Source: a virus. Taken from it: DNA of 64,000 nt. Positions 27,228 through 37,393 of the stretch are shown in pieces. Under the pieces are notes generated by a model. It saw nothing but the letters and a program-made list of their open reading frames with translations, was not told where the DNA came from and searched no databases. The translations under genes were made by a program, and so were the position numbers. Where the stretch lies: positions 1 through 64,000 of the IMG/VR virus record IMGVR_UViG_3300042350_001802. One strand, written 5' to 3'. The first letter of the stretch is position 1. Every line of letters begins with the position of its first letter.

Positions 27228-28525
27228 TATATTCATCACAAATAGAACCTATTCTATCTAAGATATATAACAGAGTTTGTTGTATTACAACTAGTATTGG
27301 AGAACCACAACCAATTGTGTTTGCACCTTCCACTGGACAAGATAGTTTTGGTAGACTAAGAACATCTTCTCCTTTTACATTATTTGATTCTAGTCATAGG
27401 TTTGATGATAATGACCTTTGGGCAACAGAAACATCTACTAGTGGGACAGCTGTATTTAATGCAAATCAGGGACTTGTAGACTTAAATGTTACAGCAGCAT
27501 CCGGGTCTTCAGTGCTAAGAGAAACAATTAAAGTGTTTGCTTATCAACCAGGTAAGTCACTTCTTGTAATGAATACATTTGTGATGAATGCTCCTAAAGC
27601 AGGACTTACACAACGTGTTGGATATTATGGGGATGAGAATGGGTTTTATTTGGAGCAAGCAAATTCTGATATAGCTTTTGTAAAAAGAAGTATGGTGACA
27701 GGTTCTTTAGTAGAAACACCTGTACCTCAAGCAGATTGGAATGGTGATAAACTTGATGGTACTGGACCTTCAGGACTTACACTTGATCTAACTAAAGCAC
27801 AGATTTATTGGATGGATCTTGAGTGGTTAGGAGTAGGATCAGTTAGAATGGGTTTTGTGATTAATGGACAGTTTATTCTTTGTCATACATTCAACCATGC
27901 TAACATTATAGCTTCTACATATATAACAACCGCTTCATTACCGCTACGTTATGAGATATTTAATGATACTGGTACAGACTCAGCTTCTACTTTGAAGCAA
28001 ATTTGTTCTACTGTCATTTCTGAAGGAGGGTATGAATTAAGAGGTAAACAGCAATCTGTTGGTACATCTATCACTGCTCCAAGAATATTTACTGTAGCAG
28101 GAACATATTATCCAATTGTAGGTATAAGACTTAAAACTACAAGACTAGATGCTATCGTAATAGCAACAGCTATTTCTCTTATAGGACTTGGTAATGGAAA
28201 GAACTATCAGTGGAGAGTAATGAATGGTAATGTAGCAATCTCAGGAGGAACTTGGTTCAGTGCTGGTGGCGATTCTGCTGTAGAATATAATACTACAGGA
28301 ACAGGTGCTACTGGTGGTAGAATTTTAGCTAGTGGGTTTGTAAACTCTTCTAATCAAGGATCACCCAGTATAAACATTCTTAAAGAAGCTCTTTTTTCCA
28401 ATCAGCTTGAGAGAAATGCACTAGCAGGTGTTCCTTATGAGTTTGTAGTGGAAATGGCTATAGACGCAGTGGGGGGACTTTCAGGTGCATATGCTTCCAT
28501 AGACTGGGAAGAAGTAAGTAGATAA
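27224..28525 (+). CDS. Virion-associated protein (head fibre/decoration candidate)
   Basis: 433 aa beta-rich; DSFGRLRTSSPFTLFDS, YQPGKS, EWLGVG. Confidence 0.6.
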   Translation: MIYSSQIEPILSKIYNRVCCITTSIGEPQPIVFAPSTGQDSFGRLRTSSPFTLFDSSHRFDDNDLWATETSTSGTAVFNANQGLVDLNVTAASGSSVLRETIKVFAYQPGKSLLVMNTFVMNAPKAGLTQRVGYYGDENGFYLEQANSDIAFVKRSMVTGSLVETPVPQADWNGDKLDGTGPSGLTLDLTKAQIYWMDLEWLGVGSVRMGFVINGQFILCHTFNHANIIASTYITTASLPLRYEIFNDTGTDSASTLKQICSTVISEGGYELRGKQQSVGTSITAPRIFTVAGTYYPIVGIRLKTTRLDAIVIATAISLIGLGNGKNYQWRVMNGNVAISGGTWFSAGGDSAVEYNTTGTGATGGRILASGFVNSSNQGSPSINILKEALFSNQLERNALAGVPYEFVVEMAIDAVGGLSGAYASIDWEEVSR

Positions 28526-28541
28526 TATAAACTATTATAAG

Positions 28542-28718
28542 ATGATTCAAGGTATATACGAAAGATTAGACTGGTTAACAAACAAGGTGAAAAAGCTTTG
28601 TTGCATAGTAGATTATACTAATCTTCCTGAGTATGCAGATAATGCTGCAGCTTTAGCAGGAGGTTTAACCGTAGGTCAAGTGTATAGAACAGGAGACTTT
28701 TTAAAAGTTGTTCACTAA
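28542..28718 (+). CDS. Small virion fibre-like protein (58 aa)
   Basis: MIQGIYERLDWLTNKVKKLCCIVDYTNLPEYADNAAALAGGLTVGQVYRTGDFLKVVH*. Confidence 0.7.
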   Translation: MIQGIYERLDWLTNKVKKLCCIVDYTNLPEYADNAAALAGGLTVGQVYRTGDFLKVVH

Positions 28719-28753
28719 TAATTATTAATCACCCTTTATAAAAAACAAAAAAC

Positions 28754-29101
28754 ATGAGACCAATTGAACCTGTACAAGTGTGGTTTAACGGTGTAGAAAT
28801 GCAAGCTAACCGTCTCAACTTGTATATTACTAATGACAATTTGAAAGACACTGCTCAGTTTTATTATGCTTTATGTGTAGAAGAAGAAATTCCTACAACT
28901 ACTACTACTACTGGAGAAGGTCCTACACCTCCCTCTGCAGTTATATCTGTAGGTCCTCCAATGAAAATTATACAAGTAACTCAAGGTAATTTAACTATGA
29001 CTGGACAAGAATACCTTGATTGGGATGAGTCTTCTGCTGGTACTATCAATGAAGCAGCTTTTGTATGGGCAGCTGGAAAGTTGAACCTTACTCTTGTTTA
29101 A
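28754..29101 (+). CDS. Hypothetical virion protein with a poly-Thr insert
   Basis: 115 aa, IEPVQVW...PTTTTTTG. Confidence 0.7.
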   Translation: MRPIEPVQVWFNGVEMQANRLNLYITNDNLKDTAQFYYALCVEEEIPTTTTTTGEGPTPPSAVISVGPPMKIIQVTQGNLTMTGQEYLDWDESSAGTINEAAFVWAAGKLNLTLV

Positions 29102-29193
29102 TAATTTAGTGTAGTATACAGTTAAATCTATAGCTGTATACTACACATATTTCATTTTTTTAGTCTACATTTTTAAAATTTACAAGTATTATT

Positions 29194-29215
29194 TTGTATA
29201 TTCTATTGTAGACTA
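29194..29215 (+). promoter_or_regulatory. Late promoter motif before scaffold and capsid
   Basis: TTGTATATTCTATTGTAGACTA, 21/22 identical to 55983-56004. Confidence 0.7.
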
Positions 29216-29227
29216 AAAACAACCAAC

Positions 29228-30490
29228 ATGAGCACACAAAATGCTGCTGCACAAACAAATGTGCAACAAATAGATCTTGACATTGATAGTCTTTTTTCAG
29301 GTGCACCCGATGCATCTAGTGTAGTTACTCCGGATGCGCTCGCACCTACGCCCGCGCAGGATAAGAAACCAAGTGTTTTTACAAAACCACAAATGGACTT
29401 GAGTTTTTTAGATCCTAGTAAGGATAACGAAACTGAAGAAGAAGAGAAACCTGAAGAAGACAATAGTAAAAAAGAGGTGAAGACTGAAGATGTTTCACGT
29501 GAAACGTTGGATGATATTCTTAAACCTGATGTCGAAGATGATCAAAAACAAGGTGGTAGACCAAAACTAGATAAATCTGGGATGGTTGAAACCTTTGGTA
29601 AGTTGATCGAAGAGGGTCTCATTGTTCCCTTTGAGGATGAGAAACCGATGGAGGAATACTCCGTAAAAGATTGGAAGGAACTTTTAGAAGCAAACTTCCA
29701 AGAAAGGGAAAAAAAGGTGAGACAAGAAACACCTAAAGAGTTCTTTGAGTCGTTACCGGAAGAGTTGCAATATGCTGCAAAATATGTCGCAGATGGAGGA
29801 CAAGATCTTAAAGGTCTTTTTCAAGCTTTAGCTCAAGTGGAAGAGTTTCGTGAAATGAATCCACAAGATCCTAATGATCAAGAGTTTATAGTGAGAAGTT
29901 ATCTACGAGCTACAGGATTTGGAAATGATGATGAGATTTCAGAAGAAATCAGTACATGGAAAGATCTTGGTAAACTTGAACAGCAAGCAACTAAGTTTAA
30001 ACCGAAATTGGATGCAATGCAAGAAAGTGTTGTACAACAACAACTTGCACAACAAGAGCAAATGAAAGTGCAGCAACAAGCTGCTGCTGAAGCATATATA
30101 GAGAATGTATATGAAACTCTTAAAGCTGCAGAAATCAATGGTTTAAAACTAGATAGAAAAACACAAGCAACTTTGTATACAGGGTTGGTTCAACCTCAGT
30201 ATCCTTCAATAAGCGGACGTCCTACAAATCTTTTAGGACACCTTTTAGAGAAGTATCAGTTTGTAGAACCTAACTATCCACTGATTGCAGAAGCACTTTG
30301 GTTACTATCTGATCCGGAAGCATATCGACAAAATCTTGTTAAACAGGGTAAGAATCAAGCAGTTGAAACAACTGTAAGACAATTAAAGACAGAACAATCT
30401 AGAAAGATTGCAAGTTCTGTACAAGAACAACCTGAAACTAAACCCTCACAAAACAAGATACCTCGTAACACAAATATATTTAAAAGGTAA
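29228..30490 (+). CDS. Putative capsid scaffold protein
   Basis: Acidic, low-complexity, coiled coil; directly upstream of the major capsid gene. Confidence 0.7.
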   Translation: MSTQNAAAQTNVQQIDLDIDSLFSGAPDASSVVTPDALAPTPAQDKKPSVFTKPQMDLSFLDPSKDNETEEEEKPEEDNSKKEVKTEDVSRETLDDILKPDVEDDQKQGGRPKLDKSGMVETFGKLIEEGLIVPFEDEKPMEEYSVKDWKELLEANFQEREKKVRQETPKEFFESLPEELQYAAKYVADGGQDLKGLFQALAQVEEFREMNPQDPNDQEFIVRSYLRATGFGNDDEISEEISTWKDLGKLEQQATKFKPKLDAMQESVVQQQLAQQEQMKVQQQAAAEAYIENVYETLKAAEINGLKLDRKTQATLYTGLVQPQYPSISGRPTNLLGHLLEKYQFVEPNYPLIAEALWLLSDPEAYRQNLVKQGKNQAVETTVRQLKTEQSRKIASSVQEQPETKPSQNKIPRNTNIFKR

Positions 30491-30518
30491 ATATTATTAA
30501 TCTAAACAAACATTTACT

Positions 30519-32147
30519 ATGGCAACTCCAGTTTTAAACAATGGTATATTTCTACGTGATACCAGTTATTCGGGCGCAAGCTCACACGTAGATTCTTACC
30601 ACCTGGTGAACATGATGAAGACTGCAGAACCTATGGACCTTGGTCCTGTGGATCTGTGGGCGATGGCACAAAAGGTAGAAATGCCTTTGTACCAAATGTC
30701 ATCTTTTGGTGGAAAGAACGTAATCGATGTTAACAATGCTCGTGGAGAGTATAAGTGGCAAGTTCCTGTGTCTCAAGACCTTCCCTACATTGTAGAGAAT
30801 GTTGAAGATTCTCAAGCTCAATTGGGTATTGATGGTACTACCTTCAAGATCAAATTGAACCGTCGTATCTTCGGACATGGTGATATCATCACTTATGACA
30901 AGTACAATGGTGTGGAATTGTACATTGTTCCTACAGAAGATGTTCTTCCTGTAGCGGATGGTGTAATCTACACAGTTCAACTTGTTAACAATGACAACAC
31001 AAGGTATTTGGATCAAAAGTATCTGAAACCTGGTACTAAATTCTTCCGTAAAGGTTCTGCTCGTGGTGAATACGGTGAGCGTTTCTCTGATATCGGAGCA
31101 TATGGTGCTGGTTTCCGTGAGTTCTACAACTACGTAGGTGGTGCTGAAGCTCACGTACACTATTCTGTTTCTTCTCGCGCTGATCTTATGTTGAAAGGCG
31201 GTTTGAAGAACGATGGTTCTGTACCTGTAGTGGAAATCTGGCGTAACTTCGACAAAAATTTGACAGATCCTTCTATTCCTAATTTGGAAGGACTTGCAAA
31301 CAAGTTTGGTAAAGATGCTGTAAAGCGTGCTATGCAAAGTGGTACACTTACACGTACATTCTTGACTGCTCTTGAAGCAGCTCACCTGACTAAGATTGCT
31401 ACTGACATCGAGACCTACTTAATGTGGGGACATGGTGGACGTGTTAAGCAAGATGGTCCAGATGATGTACGTTTGTCTGTGGGTCTTTGGAAGCAGCTTG
31501 ACAACTCTTACAAGCGTATTTACAACAAAGCTAGTTTCAATCTTGACCTGTTTAAATCTGAGATCTTCAACTTCTTCAACGGTCGTGTGGAGTTCAAAGG
31601 ACCTGATCCTCAGCGTTCATTGATTGTACAAACTGGTATGGGTGGTATGCGTCTTGTTAACGAAGCTATCAAGAAAGAAGCAATCAACAGTGGTCTGGTG
31701 ATCAATGCTTCTGAGGTTGGTGCAATCACTGGTAAGGGTATGGATCTGAACTTTGGATTCGCTTACACTAGCTACGTGATTCCGTTCCTTGCTAACGTTA
31801 AGTTTGTACTGAACCCTGCGTTTGATAACGTACACACTAACGATATCGAGAACCCAATCATTGATGGTTTCCCTCTTTCTTCTTACAACTTTATCATTTT
31901 CGATATCACTGACAACACCAACGACAACATCTTCTTGTTGAAGTTGAGCTGGGACAACCAGTTGAAGTGGTGGTATCAGAATGGTACTATGGACTATATG
32001 GGTCGTACGAACGGATTCCAGTCTTCTGGACAGTTCAACGGTTACCGTGTATTCATGAGTCAGACAATGCCTGCTATCTGGGTTAAAGACCCAACTAAGG
32101 TGTTGAAGATTGTGATGCGCAACCCGATCACCGGTGGTTCATTCTAA
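30519..32147 (+). CDS. Major capsid protein
   Basis: 542 aa, strongly biased codons, EYKWQV, LMWG, IWVKDPT; crAss gene order. Confidence 0.88.
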   Translation: MATPVLNNGIFLRDTSYSGASSHVDSYHLVNMMKTAEPMDLGPVDLWAMAQKVEMPLYQMSSFGGKNVIDVNNARGEYKWQVPVSQDLPYIVENVEDSQAQLGIDGTTFKIKLNRRIFGHGDIITYDKYNGVELYIVPTEDVLPVADGVIYTVQLVNNDNTRYLDQKYLKPGTKFFRKGSARGEYGERFSDIGAYGAGFREFYNYVGGAEAHVHYSVSSRADLMLKGGLKNDGSVPVVEIWRNFDKNLTDPSIPNLEGLANKFGKDAVKRAMQSGTLTRTFLTALEAAHLTKIATDIETYLMWGHGGRVKQDGPDDVRLSVGLWKQLDNSYKRIYNKASFNLDLFKSEIFNFFNGRVEFKGPDPQRSLIVQTGMGGMRLVNEAIKKEAINSGLVINASEVGAITGKGMDLNFGFAYTSYVIPFLANVKFVLNPAFDNVHTNDIENPIIDGFPLSSYNFIIFDITDNTNDNIFLLKLSWDNQLKWWYQNGTMDYMGRTNGFQSSGQFNGYRVFMSQTMPAIWVKDPTKVLKIVMRNPITGGSF

Positions 32148-32242
32148 TATATATGTACTAAGGATAGGGGTGCTATATGTTCCCCTATCCCTCTGGTACA
32201 CATTGTAAAAAGATCCCACTCTGTAGATAGTATCTGCAGATC

Positions 32243-32300
32243 ACCTGTTGTACGCACACCGAGTTTGATCAACCGGAGAGCTTGCAACTCTCAACAGGTT
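32243..32300 (+). ncRNA. Candidate tRNA-shaped element downstream of the capsid gene
   Basis: ACCTGTT/AACAGGT 7 bp stacked on GAGAG-CTTGCAA-CTCTC. Confidence 0.45.
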
Positions 32301-32376
32301 CAAAATAAATAGTTAGTATTACACTAATCCGTCTAAGACGAGAGTCTGGACCTATTTATAAACCAAAAAACCAAAC

Positions 32377-33393
32377 ATGAGTAGTATTACAATGGTGGAG
32401 AAGTATCCACAAAACAAAAAGTCTAGTATCGCAGTGCGTCCATTTTTTGAAGCTAATGTTTCAAACATGGGACTCGAAAAGTACGGACTCTCGCTCTTTG
32501 ACGGTGCATTTCATGAAGAACAGCTTGCTTGTTTAGAGATAAACGGTATCAAGCGTTATCTGACAGGACTTAATGAGTTTGCTCCTGAGATTAAAGCACT
32601 ATCTGCTGATGAAGCTGATGCGAAAGTGAAGCAAATCAGAATAGTGGTAGCTCAGTTAGAAAAAGAACTAGCAGCAAACATCATTGATCCTAAAGATGAG
32701 CAGTTCTGGAATAAGGTGAAACTCTTAAAACCCGATAATGATGAGTTTTGGGGTAGAATTAAGATTGCTTGTGGTAATGAACCTTTATTCTTAGAACCTG
32801 ATAAAGATCCTTATGATCTTATTAAATTATACGCAATCGAAGCTGGTGGTTTTTCTATCGTAGCTAAATCTTTTGAGGAAGCGCGTAGAATGCCAACACC
32901 TCCTAAGTTCTATTTAGATAAACTAGAAGATACAGTGTCTACTAAGACAGAGGTGAAGAAACTTCGCAACAAAGCTCTTGCAGAACTACAAAAGCTCTTT
33001 GATAAGAATACAAATAAACTGTTTTATGTAGCTAAGGTGGTAGATATTAATTCCACTCAGTATAAAAAGTCTACACCAAATGATGTATTGTACGATAATA
33101 TGGACAAGTACATTAATGGAGAAACAGTAGAAACAAATAAAAAGAAGACAGCTGAGCGTTTCTTAGAAGTGGTAGATCTTGATATGGAAACACTTAAGCT
33201 TAGAGCAATTGTGAAAGATGCAACCTATTACAAGTATATTTCACCACGTGGAGATGGATTTATCTATCACATGCAATCTGGAACAATGCTTGGTAAAACT
33301 CCTACAGATATTGTAGAATATCTTAAGAATCCACTTAATGATCAGATTCTTATAGATCTTCAACAAAAGGTAGAAAAAACATGGAATAAGTAA
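32377..33393 (+). CDS. Conserved structural-module protein
   Basis: 338 aa after the capsid gene. Confidence 0.7.
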   Translation: MSSITMVEKYPQNKKSSIAVRPFFEANVSNMGLEKYGLSLFDGAFHEEQLACLEINGIKRYLTGLNEFAPEIKALSADEADAKVKQIRIVVAQLEKELAANIIDPKDEQFWNKVKLLKPDNDEFWGRIKIACGNEPLFLEPDKDPYDLIKLYAIEAGGFSIVAKSFEEARRMPTPPKFYLDKLEDTVSTKTEVKKLRNKALAELQKLFDKNTNKLFYVAKVVDINSTQYKKSTPNDVLYDNMDKYINGETVETNKKKTAERFLEVVDLDMETLKLRAIVKDATYYKYISPRGDGFIYHMQSGTMLGKTPTDIVEYLKNPLNDQILIDLQQKVEKTWNK

Positions 33394-34091
33394 TGGATAA
33401 TAATCTTGTTAAAGTTAAATTTTATGAACGCTTAAATAAACTTGCAAGCTTTGATTATGATAACATCGAATGCTGGCAGATTGCAGAAGCGTTTAATAAA
33501 GCTCAACGTGAGTGGTTTCGTAGACAAGTGCACGGTATTAATGTGCGCAAACAATCTACGGAACAAAGCACAGCTTTAATAGATGATATTCAGAAGTTTA
33601 TTAAATCGCAAGATTTAAAAGGAACTAATAAAAAGTTGTTCTTTGAAACAGAGCAGATTCCTGGTGATTATGCTCACTTTATTCGTTTAAGTTCTTATGC
33701 TGATGCTGGTAATTGTAAGAACAGAGAAGTGACAGTGTATTTAGCTGAAGAAGCAAATGCTGATGTTCTTCTTACAGATGTTTTAAAAGGACCCAGTTTT
33801 GAGTGGGCAGAAACATTCACTACAATGTACTTTGATCGTTTTAAGGTGTATACAAACGATAAGTTTAAAGTTACAAAAGCTGTTTTGTATTATTACAGAA
33901 AACCTGCAGATATTTCTTTTGATGGGTGTGTAAATCCTTCTACAGGACAATCTTCTACAGAACAAATATGTGAACTTAGAGATGATGTTGTAGAGATTAT
34001 TATAGATGAAGCAGTAGCAATACTTGCAGGTGATATGGATAATTTTAATCAGTATCAGCGTAACTTACAAAACGGACAAAGAAATAGTTAA
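33393..34091 (+). CDS. Head-tail connector/ring protein
   Basis: AFNKAQ, LYYYRKP, CEL...IIDEAV pattern. Confidence 0.65.
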   Translation: MDNNLVKVKFYERLNKLASFDYDNIECWQIAEAFNKAQREWFRRQVHGINVRKQSTEQSTALIDDIQKFIKSQDLKGTNKKLFFETEQIPGDYAHFIRLSSYADAGNCKNREVTVYLAEEANADVLLTDVLKGPSFEWAETFTTMYFDRFKVYTNDKFKVTKAVLYYYRKPADISFDGCVNPSTGQSSTEQICELRDDVVEIIIDEAVAILAGDMDNFNQYQRNLQNGQRNS

Positions 34092-34093
34092 TC

Positions 34094-34570
34094 ATGAACC
34101 GAGTACTAGCAAGACAACAGTCTATGATTCCATCGCAAAAATTACAGAGACCTGCAGAAACTCCTGTAGCTCAAGATCCTGTAATGAAAACACCTTGTGC
34201 TGAAACAGGAATGTTGGTTGGAGAAATGATGAGCGCTAGTGTAAGTTTTCATAATCTTCATTTAAAAATCACTGGACCTGGTTCTTTTTCAGCACATAAA
34301 GCTCTTGGAGATTTTTACGAAGGTATTCAAGGTCATGCTGACAGTGTTGCTGAGCAGTATCAAGGAGCTCGCGAGTCATTATTAGATATTCCCGCAGTGT
34401 ATCCAACAACTCTATCATCTGTAGATGAAGCAGTTCAGTATTTGAGAGATCTTTCTGGTAAGGTGGACACTTTGCAAAAGATGATGCCTTTTAGTGAGAT
34501 TGTTAATCAACTGGATGAAGTGAAGAGTTTAATTGATTCAACTAAGTATAAACTATTATTCCTAAGCTAA
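34094..34570 (+). CDS. Dps/ferritin-like protein
   Basis: HNLHL...SFSAHKALGDFYE...DSVAEQYQG...YKL. Confidence 0.8.
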   Translation: MNRVLARQQSMIPSQKLQRPAETPVAQDPVMKTPCAETGMLVGEMMSASVSFHNLHLKITGPGSFSAHKALGDFYEGIQGHADSVAEQYQGARESLLDIPAVYPTTLSSVDEAVQYLRDLSGKVDTLQKMMPFSEIVNQLDEVKSLIDSTKYKLLFLS

Positions 34571-34606
34571 TTATTTTTTATTTTTTAACCCATAAATGTA
34601 AACAAC

Positions 34607-35971
34607 ATGGCTTATTTTAATCATGCGTTCAAGAAAGCGTTTCTTCCTGCAACAACTGGAAATGCGCTTGTTCTTGCTGATGGTGGTAGCACAGCAGATC
34701 TTACTGCTGGTGAACTGGGTCTTTTTGACGCGAAGACTTACCAGGCTATTACTACTGTAAGTTCTAAACCCTTTATTCTTGCACAGGGTTCTTATTTCAC
34801 TAGTGATAAGATCGGACCTTTTCACGGTGGGTATAAAGAGTCTGTAAAGAGTAAGGTGATCAATCCTAAGTACATCACCAAAGTATGGACTGCTTGTGCT
34901 GAAGAACCTCAGAATCAAGAGATTGAAGTATCTGTTAGTGGCGCTGAGTGCGGTACTACTTACTATCTTCGCTTGGATCTTAAAGGATCTCCTGCTTTGC
35001 GTCTGCTTTCTCACAACATTTATCGTACTGTAGATGCTTTTACAGGATGTTGCGATGATGATTGTTCTGCTACTTGTACTGGAGCTTTGGTTGACCCAAC
35101 TATCGTAACTATCAACTGGGCAAAGCAAATCCTGGAGCGTCCTATTCTCCCTGATTTTGTAAAGTTGGTTGTAACAGACTACGAAGGAAACACTGTAGCT
35201 ACACAAGCTGGTACATCTCAAGCTGATATTGCTGCGTTTATCGCTGCTTTAGATGCTTATCTTGCTGGTCCTGTGCATGCTGCTTTTGATCCTACAACTG
35301 ATGCTTCTACAGATTCAGTTCTGACATTAGTTGCTGCTTATGTAGACACTAAATTCGGTAACTGTACTTTCACTCCTACAGATCATTACGAACTTCAACC
35401 TTTGCAGATTTTCCCTTCATTGGTTGATGAGTCTGGTGAACCTTGTGTTGTGAGAAGCGGTCCTAACGCAGACTACGATTGGACTTGGAAAGGATTTGCT
35501 TGTAACCTCATCCAACCTGGACTTCAAGCTCAGGGAACTGGTGAGACAGTTGTACGCGAATTGATCCTTGATACTCGTTATCATCAGAACGCTTTCCCTG
35601 ACAACAAATATGTTGACAGCTTGCGTATGCGTGAGATCGAGACTGATCCTGCGATTAAGAACTTTAATCGTAACACCTTGTGGGATTCTATCAACATTCT
35701 TCACAGTGTTCCTCGCTTTAACAACCCAACTGGTACATTTGACAACGATCAGTATTTGCTGAGCTTGTACATTCCTAAAGGAACAAATGCTATCTTATTC
35801 CTTAACATGATTCAGGATATCCTGAACTGTGCTGGAAATGGTGTTGAAATTGAGAGCACTAACGCTACACCTTGTTCTAATTTGACACCTGGTGTACCTT
35901 TTGTGAACAATTGTGACACTACTCCTACAACAACTGTGCCTCCTACTAGTAGCACTACCACTGTAGGTTAA
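34607..35971 (+). CDS. Abundant structural protein (auxiliary capsid/tail)
   Basis: 454 aa, capsid-like codon bias, Thr/Pro-rich tail, terminator downstream. Confidence 0.65.
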   Translation: MAYFNHAFKKAFLPATTGNALVLADGGSTADLTAGELGLFDAKTYQAITTVSSKPFILAQGSYFTSDKIGPFHGGYKESVKSKVINPKYITKVWTACAEEPQNQEIEVSVSGAECGTTYYLRLDLKGSPALRLLSHNIYRTVDAFTGCCDDDCSATCTGALVDPTIVTINWAKQILERPILPDFVKLVVTDYEGNTVATQAGTSQADIAAFIAALDAYLAGPVHAAFDPTTDASTDSVLTLVAAYVDTKFGNCTFTPTDHYELQPLQIFPSLVDESGEPCVVRSGPNADYDWTWKGFACNLIQPGLQAQGTGETVVRELILDTRYHQNAFPDNKYVDSLRMREIETDPAIKNFNRNTLWDSINILHSVPRFNNPTGTFDNDQYLLSLYIPKGTNAILFLNMIQDILNCAGNGVEIESTNATPCSNLTPGVPFVNNCDTTPTTTVPPTSSTTTVG

Positions 35972-35994
35972 TAACTACATTGATTAACATAAAA

Positions 35995-36029
35995 GAGGGT
36001 GGGGATTTTTCCCTACCCTTTTTTTATTT
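35995..36029 (+). terminator. Intrinsic terminator
   Basis: AGGGTGGGG/CCCTACCCT followed by a T run. Confidence 0.75.
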
Positions 36030-36113
36030 GCAGAAGTGCTCTTTTTTTGTTATATTATTATTGAGTAGTATGCCCAATTTAGACATACACTTTTAAAGTG
36101 TAAACCATTGATT

Positions 36114-36662
36114 ATGAGACACATATTAGGTTTAGATAATATAGAAACAGCAAATAAAACAATCATACGTATTGCAGATGCTAGTATTTATGCTGATTTT
36201 CCAGCAACTTGTGGACTTTTAGAAATACAAGCACCAGGTTTTAACATCATTAAACAGTTTGATGTCACTCCTAATTTTACGCTTGTTTTGAATGCATGTA
36301 GTCTTGGTTTACAGACAGATGATTGTGGTGATCACGCTGCTGATCTTCCTGATGGAATTTGGAAAGTAAAGTACTCTGTTTCCCCTAATGATAAAGTTTA
36401 TGTAGAATATGCATGGTTAAGAACCACTGCATTCATGGCAAAGTATTATGATATACTTTGTAACCTTGACATGTCTGGATGTGATCCTTCACAAGAAGTA
36501 GCGTCACAACTAGAGCAGTTAGGGATGATTCGTATGTATTTGGATTCTGCTAAAGCGGAAGTTGAATACTGTCATGAACTTCAGAAGGGAATGGATGTTT
36601 ATAAATATGCAAAAGCTCAGTTGGATAAACTAAGCGTTGCATGTTGTGGAGCGACTTGTTAA
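36114..36662 (+). CDS. Structural (tail ring) protein
   Basis: LPDGIWKVKYSVSPN; ATG at 36114. Confidence 0.6.
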   Translation: MRHILGLDNIETANKTIIRIADASIYADFPATCGLLEIQAPGFNIIKQFDVTPNFTLVLNACSLGLQTDDCGDHAADLPDGIWKVKYSVSPNDKVYVEYAWLRTTAFMAKYYDILCNLDMSGCDPSQEVASQLEQLGMIRMYLDSAKAEVEYCHELQKGMDVYKYAKAQLDKLSVACCGATC

Positions 36663-36681
36663 ACCAAAAATAAAACCAATT

Positions 36682-36828
36682 ATGTCACAGTCAGTTTGTC
36701 CAAACTGTTCTTCTAAGATTACATGCGGATGTCAAAGAAGAACAGCATCAGATGGTAAATCCGTATGTTCTAATTGTGTAACGCTTTACGAAAAGAAGTT
36801 ACAGGAACAAAAAGCACAAAAAAGATAA
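36682..36828 (+). CDS. Small Cys-rich protein
   Basis: CPNC...CGCQ...CSNC; ATG at 36682. Confidence 0.7.
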   Translation: MSQSVCPNCSSKITCGCQRRTASDGKSVCSNCVTLYEKKLQEQKAQKR

Positions 36829-36829
36829 A

Positions 36830-37393
36830 ATGTCTTGTTATTCTACACCCACATCAGAAACAAATACATGTTGCCCAGCAGAAGCACCTAACTTAGTTAA
36901 AGATGCTAAGAAGGTCTACTCGCAATACGCATCTAATGTATATGCAGAGTTTCTCACTAAAAGATATGGAGTGAAGTCATGCAGAAAACAGCGTGACTTC
37001 ATTTCTGCTTCTATACGTAAGCAAATGCTTGATTGGCAACTTATTGCTGGTGTTAAGTGTGATGTAAATATTGGGTTTGCAGATGGATCTATTGTACTTC
37101 CTTCTTCTGGAGTTCTTGAGATTCCTGTACAAGGAACAGATGGTCTTATTCATGTTAATATGGGTGGTTGTGAAATTAAACTTAAAGTGACTAGTAGACC
37201 TGATAACTATGCACACGTTCAGTCTATTCCGTCTACTAACTGGTTTATTAAACATAATCTTGGATATAACCCAGTTGTACGTACAGAAAATGCTATGGGT
37301 GTAGATATGGAAGGTGTGATTACACATGATAATGTTAATGAACTCACTATCGTATTTTCTCAACCCGTTACCGGAACAGCATACTTATCATAA
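36830..37393 (+). CDS. Tail/fibre-associated protein
   Basis: C-terminal W-x-x-x-HNLG-x-x-P-x-V domain. Confidence 0.65.
   Translation: MSCYSTPTSETNTCCPAEAPNLVKDAKKVYSQYASNVYAEFLTKRYGVKSCRKQRDFISASIRKQMLDWQLIAGVKCDVNIGFADGSIVLPSSGVLEIPVQGTDGLIHVNMGGCEIKLKVTSRPDNYAHVQSIPSTNWFIKHNLGYNPVVRTENAMGVDMEGVITHDNVNELTIVFSQPVTGTAYLS

Noticed and set aside
22195-32147. Introns or inteins in terL, portal or capsid
   Set aside because: Uninterrupted ORFs of plausible size, with no intein or homing motifs seen
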